From the NCBI RefSeq assembly GCF_037042905.1, contig NC_087263.1:14324001-14388000 (forward strand): DNA of 64,000 nt, given 5' to 3'. Shown one piece after another: positions 60,318 to 64,000 of the stretch. The notes beneath the pieces were generated by a model. That model saw nothing but the letters and a program-made list of their open reading frames with translations. It did no database searches and was not told the DNA's origin. The DNA comes from Lytechinus pictus. Its lineage: Eukaryota. The first letter of the stretch is position 1; each line of letters begins with the position of its first letter. Position numbers and translations under genes: made by a program.

Positions 60318-63300
60318 TTAAACAGCTTGGGAAGTGGGAAACCTGCATGGTAAAAAAAGAGAAAAGAACAAAATAAGCTGTAATTTATTCTTACTCATCT
60401 AGTCCAGTTTATTAAAAAAAAAGATGTAAACTCTATTTTATACTCTTCAGTGATAAAACAAGTTTAGCACATGCAGTCACTTTCGTCCCACATCCAGATA
60501 AATTCATATATCAATATAACTATCTACATTATGTTTTGAAAATAAAGAGTGCAAATTAATTCAAATGTTTATCAGAATTTTGTGATAACTGTTAATATCT
60601 TGGTTTTTTATGCAAATGCATGTATAGACAGGAGATATGGATAATTAGTATGCAGTGTTAAAAATGGAAATACTGGTGAATCTGAATTCAAACAATATTA
60701 ACTCACAATGGAACTTTAACATTACATGATATCGCATCATGTTTCAGCACAGTTGGCCATAGACCACCCCCTCCCAAAAAAGGGGAAATTTTTTTTTTAT
60801 ATTTTTTTTTTTTTTTTTTTTTTTTTGGGGGGGGGATGAGCTTAGATACAGTCTGTATATTATCAAAACAGTAAGCATACCTTGCAATATTTCCATTCAG
60901 ATATCCTGTTCCTCATTAGATTGTAACTAACACTTGCTGATCGGCATGGTTCTCAATTTTGTACTTCTGACTAGGTGTGAACTGCTAAGAACTTGGTCCC
61001 ATTGGATCTGCAATTGACAATTTAAATTTGAGAGTTTTAGAGATAAATAAAATTACTCTTCTTAAACAATATTTTTGAAATTTCTAGCTGCCCATATCCC
61101 AGGTCTATGTATGAATATTCCAAACTAGAACAAAAAAGTTATCGGGACCCGGAACTTCATTCTCTATCACATAGAGGCATAGGCCTACCTCACTCTGTTT
61201 ATAAAAGTAAAATGATTCCAACCACATTTCTACAGCTGTATATAGCTGAATCTGGATCTGGTCTATGCTGGGCCTGTATAACTTAAGAATCACATCACAT
61301 TTGAATGAAGTAAACACTAAGAACGTTTTCAAATTACCACCCCAGGTCTGGCCCAGGGTATCCTGTTCAAATAGACTTGATTTAGGTTTAGGGTAGGCTA
61401 CGCCATTTCATTCAAATCTAAGACTAAGTAACACTTAACCCCACTTAACACTAATAACAGACACTATATAATGCTAAGTCAATCGTATTTCAACACTGAT
61501 TATTCTGAAGTAAAACATTCCTGAATAAAAGAAACTGCTGAGAATTATACTTATTCATATGTAGATGAAATGGCTGGGATGGACTAGGCCTAAACTTCAA
61601 CTTTCAAGCTTGAAGTTTGGGCCTAGTCCGTCCCCGCTATTTTCATACCCCATGACTACATCGACAATCTCGCTAGCCGGCGATATCAAAGGCCGGATCC
61701 CGCTCTGACCATATCCCTACATTGACCTAAATTTGAATAGGCCTAAAATCGACAGTTTGTCGTTACTAAAAAACAGGAGGTCGGAAACAAGTCCACATCT
61801 ACCCCTGATAATTGTCTAATCACAATAAAACTGAAATACAGGTTTACTTTGGACCTACATGAAGCATTCCGATGAATGTCTAGATCTACGACAAACTATA
61901 GTATAGACCCCTAAAGTTAGATATAGTATTTTTGAGAAACTCAATGATCACACTTATTTGGAAGTCAGGCAAAAGAAATATTGAAATTGAGGTTTACATA
62001 GTACGTAATACAGGATGAACCCCGAACCCCGGCAAACACATTACAATTTGCAAGTGAGATCAAAACATGAAAATGAGCGTAACTTACTTTTATTCCTATG
62101 GAATGTCATTAGAATAGTATTGATGTTCCCTCCAAGATTTTCTGCTCCAATGAAGTTCACTCAGAAACCATGATTTCGAACATCAATTCTATAAACAGAT
62201 AATTAGTCTAGCTATTTCGTTTCAGAAACTTGGAATTCGCAGAGTCCAAAAGAACGACACTTCGCACAGATATCGTAGGGAATTTTGGGATGGAAAAAAT
62301 GTTTAATACATGAGTACATGTTTTATCCAATCATACAAGTGCATTATGCGTATTTTGACGTCATTCTCATGAATAAAACATTGACCCTCCAAAATCAACC
62401 TTCAAATTGTCCGCCGGCAGCCATGTTGGCTATGTACAAAACCTATGGGAAATAAAAACGTGCGGAAAGAGTTCCCTCTCTAGCTCCCTTCAGGATCTTA
62501 CGTATACGTAAGATCGTATCTCTGTGAAGTGCTCAAAATTTGTACGCAAGCTTCGTTCGCATGTCAACCATTGCAATCGCATAGCGATGCGATATCGTCA
62601 AAATTAAGCCCCTGTTAGCGCGGATGAATATGATATTTTCTCTTTGTGATTGTCCTCCCGTGCGATGATAAATATGTCATCGTATTGCACAGGACTTTCG
62701 CGAGCTACCGATGCCATTTTCGTGCCCCAAATTCCATGAAATCTTCCGAAAATAACCATGAAAGTGTCGGTAAGTCAAAAATGTCTTGAGTTGCTCTCAA
62801 TTCTTACCTTATTTAGTTGTATTTCTTGTAAATTGGGTCTCGAAGGGTTCTTGATTTTCCGTTGATTGTGAAACTTGAATTGATTTCCTTTCTGTGTATT
62901 GCAGTGAAATTGCAGTGCGGGGAACGCAAGGGCTGTGGAAGCCCTTCTCAGTGAGGTTTACAAGCTGAGCTTTGGTCGAATTTCGAGCCATTTTAATCGC
63001 GCGCGCGTGGGATGATTAATTTACATCACTTAATAGAGATTAAGATTACGTCACGTACGTGCGTACTAGTACCTGTGATACACAGAAATGAAATTGAACT
63101 TGAATCACAGTCAAGAAATGCTTTGTTTCTTTGTTTGCTGAATGATTTCCTGAATTTAAAATCATGAATAAACACCAGAGTAATGACATGAATGAGATAA
63201 TCATGGTCATATTTGAGAAATAACTAAATATTTTCTGAAAACGAGTGAAGATGATGGGGCAGTGATGTGCATGCATTGGAAAATGAACATTCAGTGTCAG

Positions 63301-64000
63301 ACTCGGCGTTTTACTGGCTTTACCTTTGCACTGGTTTTTCTTTTGCCAACTAGATTAAAAACTCATTTATTAATATGTTTATTGCAATTTTTGAATAAAT
63401 GGTAATACAAAGTGGAAAAAAAGATTAATGAAGATAAAAACAATATTGACTAAAAACTTGTCATGCCATCACCCCCCCCCAAAAAAAAAATACCCACTTT
63501 CTTGAATGATTCGGGTAATTTAATTTGCATTGAAAAAAAAAATAATTGTATTTATGCATTTTTTTAATTTCTGATTCTTTCTGCCAGAATATCAGATGCC
63601 ATCATGAATAACCTCACCACCAGGTTGAACTCCTAAACATCTTGATGATGACTATCTACCGAGATATATCTTGCCTTCTTGAGATTAGAAGTTTTAAGTT
63701 CAAGTCAGAGCGACCTAAGGCCCTACTACCAAGAAGAATCCAGATTTACATAAAAACAAATCCCACGAAAGATACAAACTGATTTTACTCTTAATGTGTA
63801 GTGTGTGTGTGAGACACTGTGTTTGTGTTTATTTTGAGGAGGACCTCTTGTCTCTTTATTATTTCATTGACTGAATGAATGATCAATACCTAAAAGTGAG
63901 AACTGATTTTTGAGGAGAGTAGATTAGTGTATGGTTTTGAGTGAATTTGAGTAACCGTTTTGTTTTTATTATTTTTTTTTCATAATTATTATTATTTTGC

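Overview
AT-rich, repeat-dense animal genomic DNA. The repeat landscape suggests a marine invertebrate such as a sea urchin, which is an inference. The centrepiece is a complete, apparently very young Ngaro-type tyrosine-recombinase retrotransposon on the minus strand (18631-25866). It has split direct repeats (A1-ORFs-B1-A2-spacer-B2) and open gag, RT/RNase H and tyrosine recombinase frames, plus a fourth gene for an SGNH/GDSL hydrolase. The hydrolase's catalytic GDSL serine lies upstream of any in-frame start codon and just downstream of a good splice acceptor, so it is probably made by splicing; an in-phase donor exists in the 5' part of gag. The element entered, through a shared ATT, next to the centre of a perfect 12-bp-arm palindrome inside an AT-rich minisatellite. 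The rest of the window holds a 194-bp tandem array with 970-bp higher-order structure, many nested non-autonomous DNA transposons (Kolobok-, Harbinger-, hAT- and EnSpm-like), a 1.35-kb tandem duplication whose copies carry different insertions, and a decayed L1/Tx1-like LINE. There are also RecQ-like helicase and zinc-finger gene fragments, a perfect 116-bp-arm palindrome, and the probable first coding exon of a host gene for a mitochondrial protein (55680-55802). All calls were made by eye; no database searches were run.
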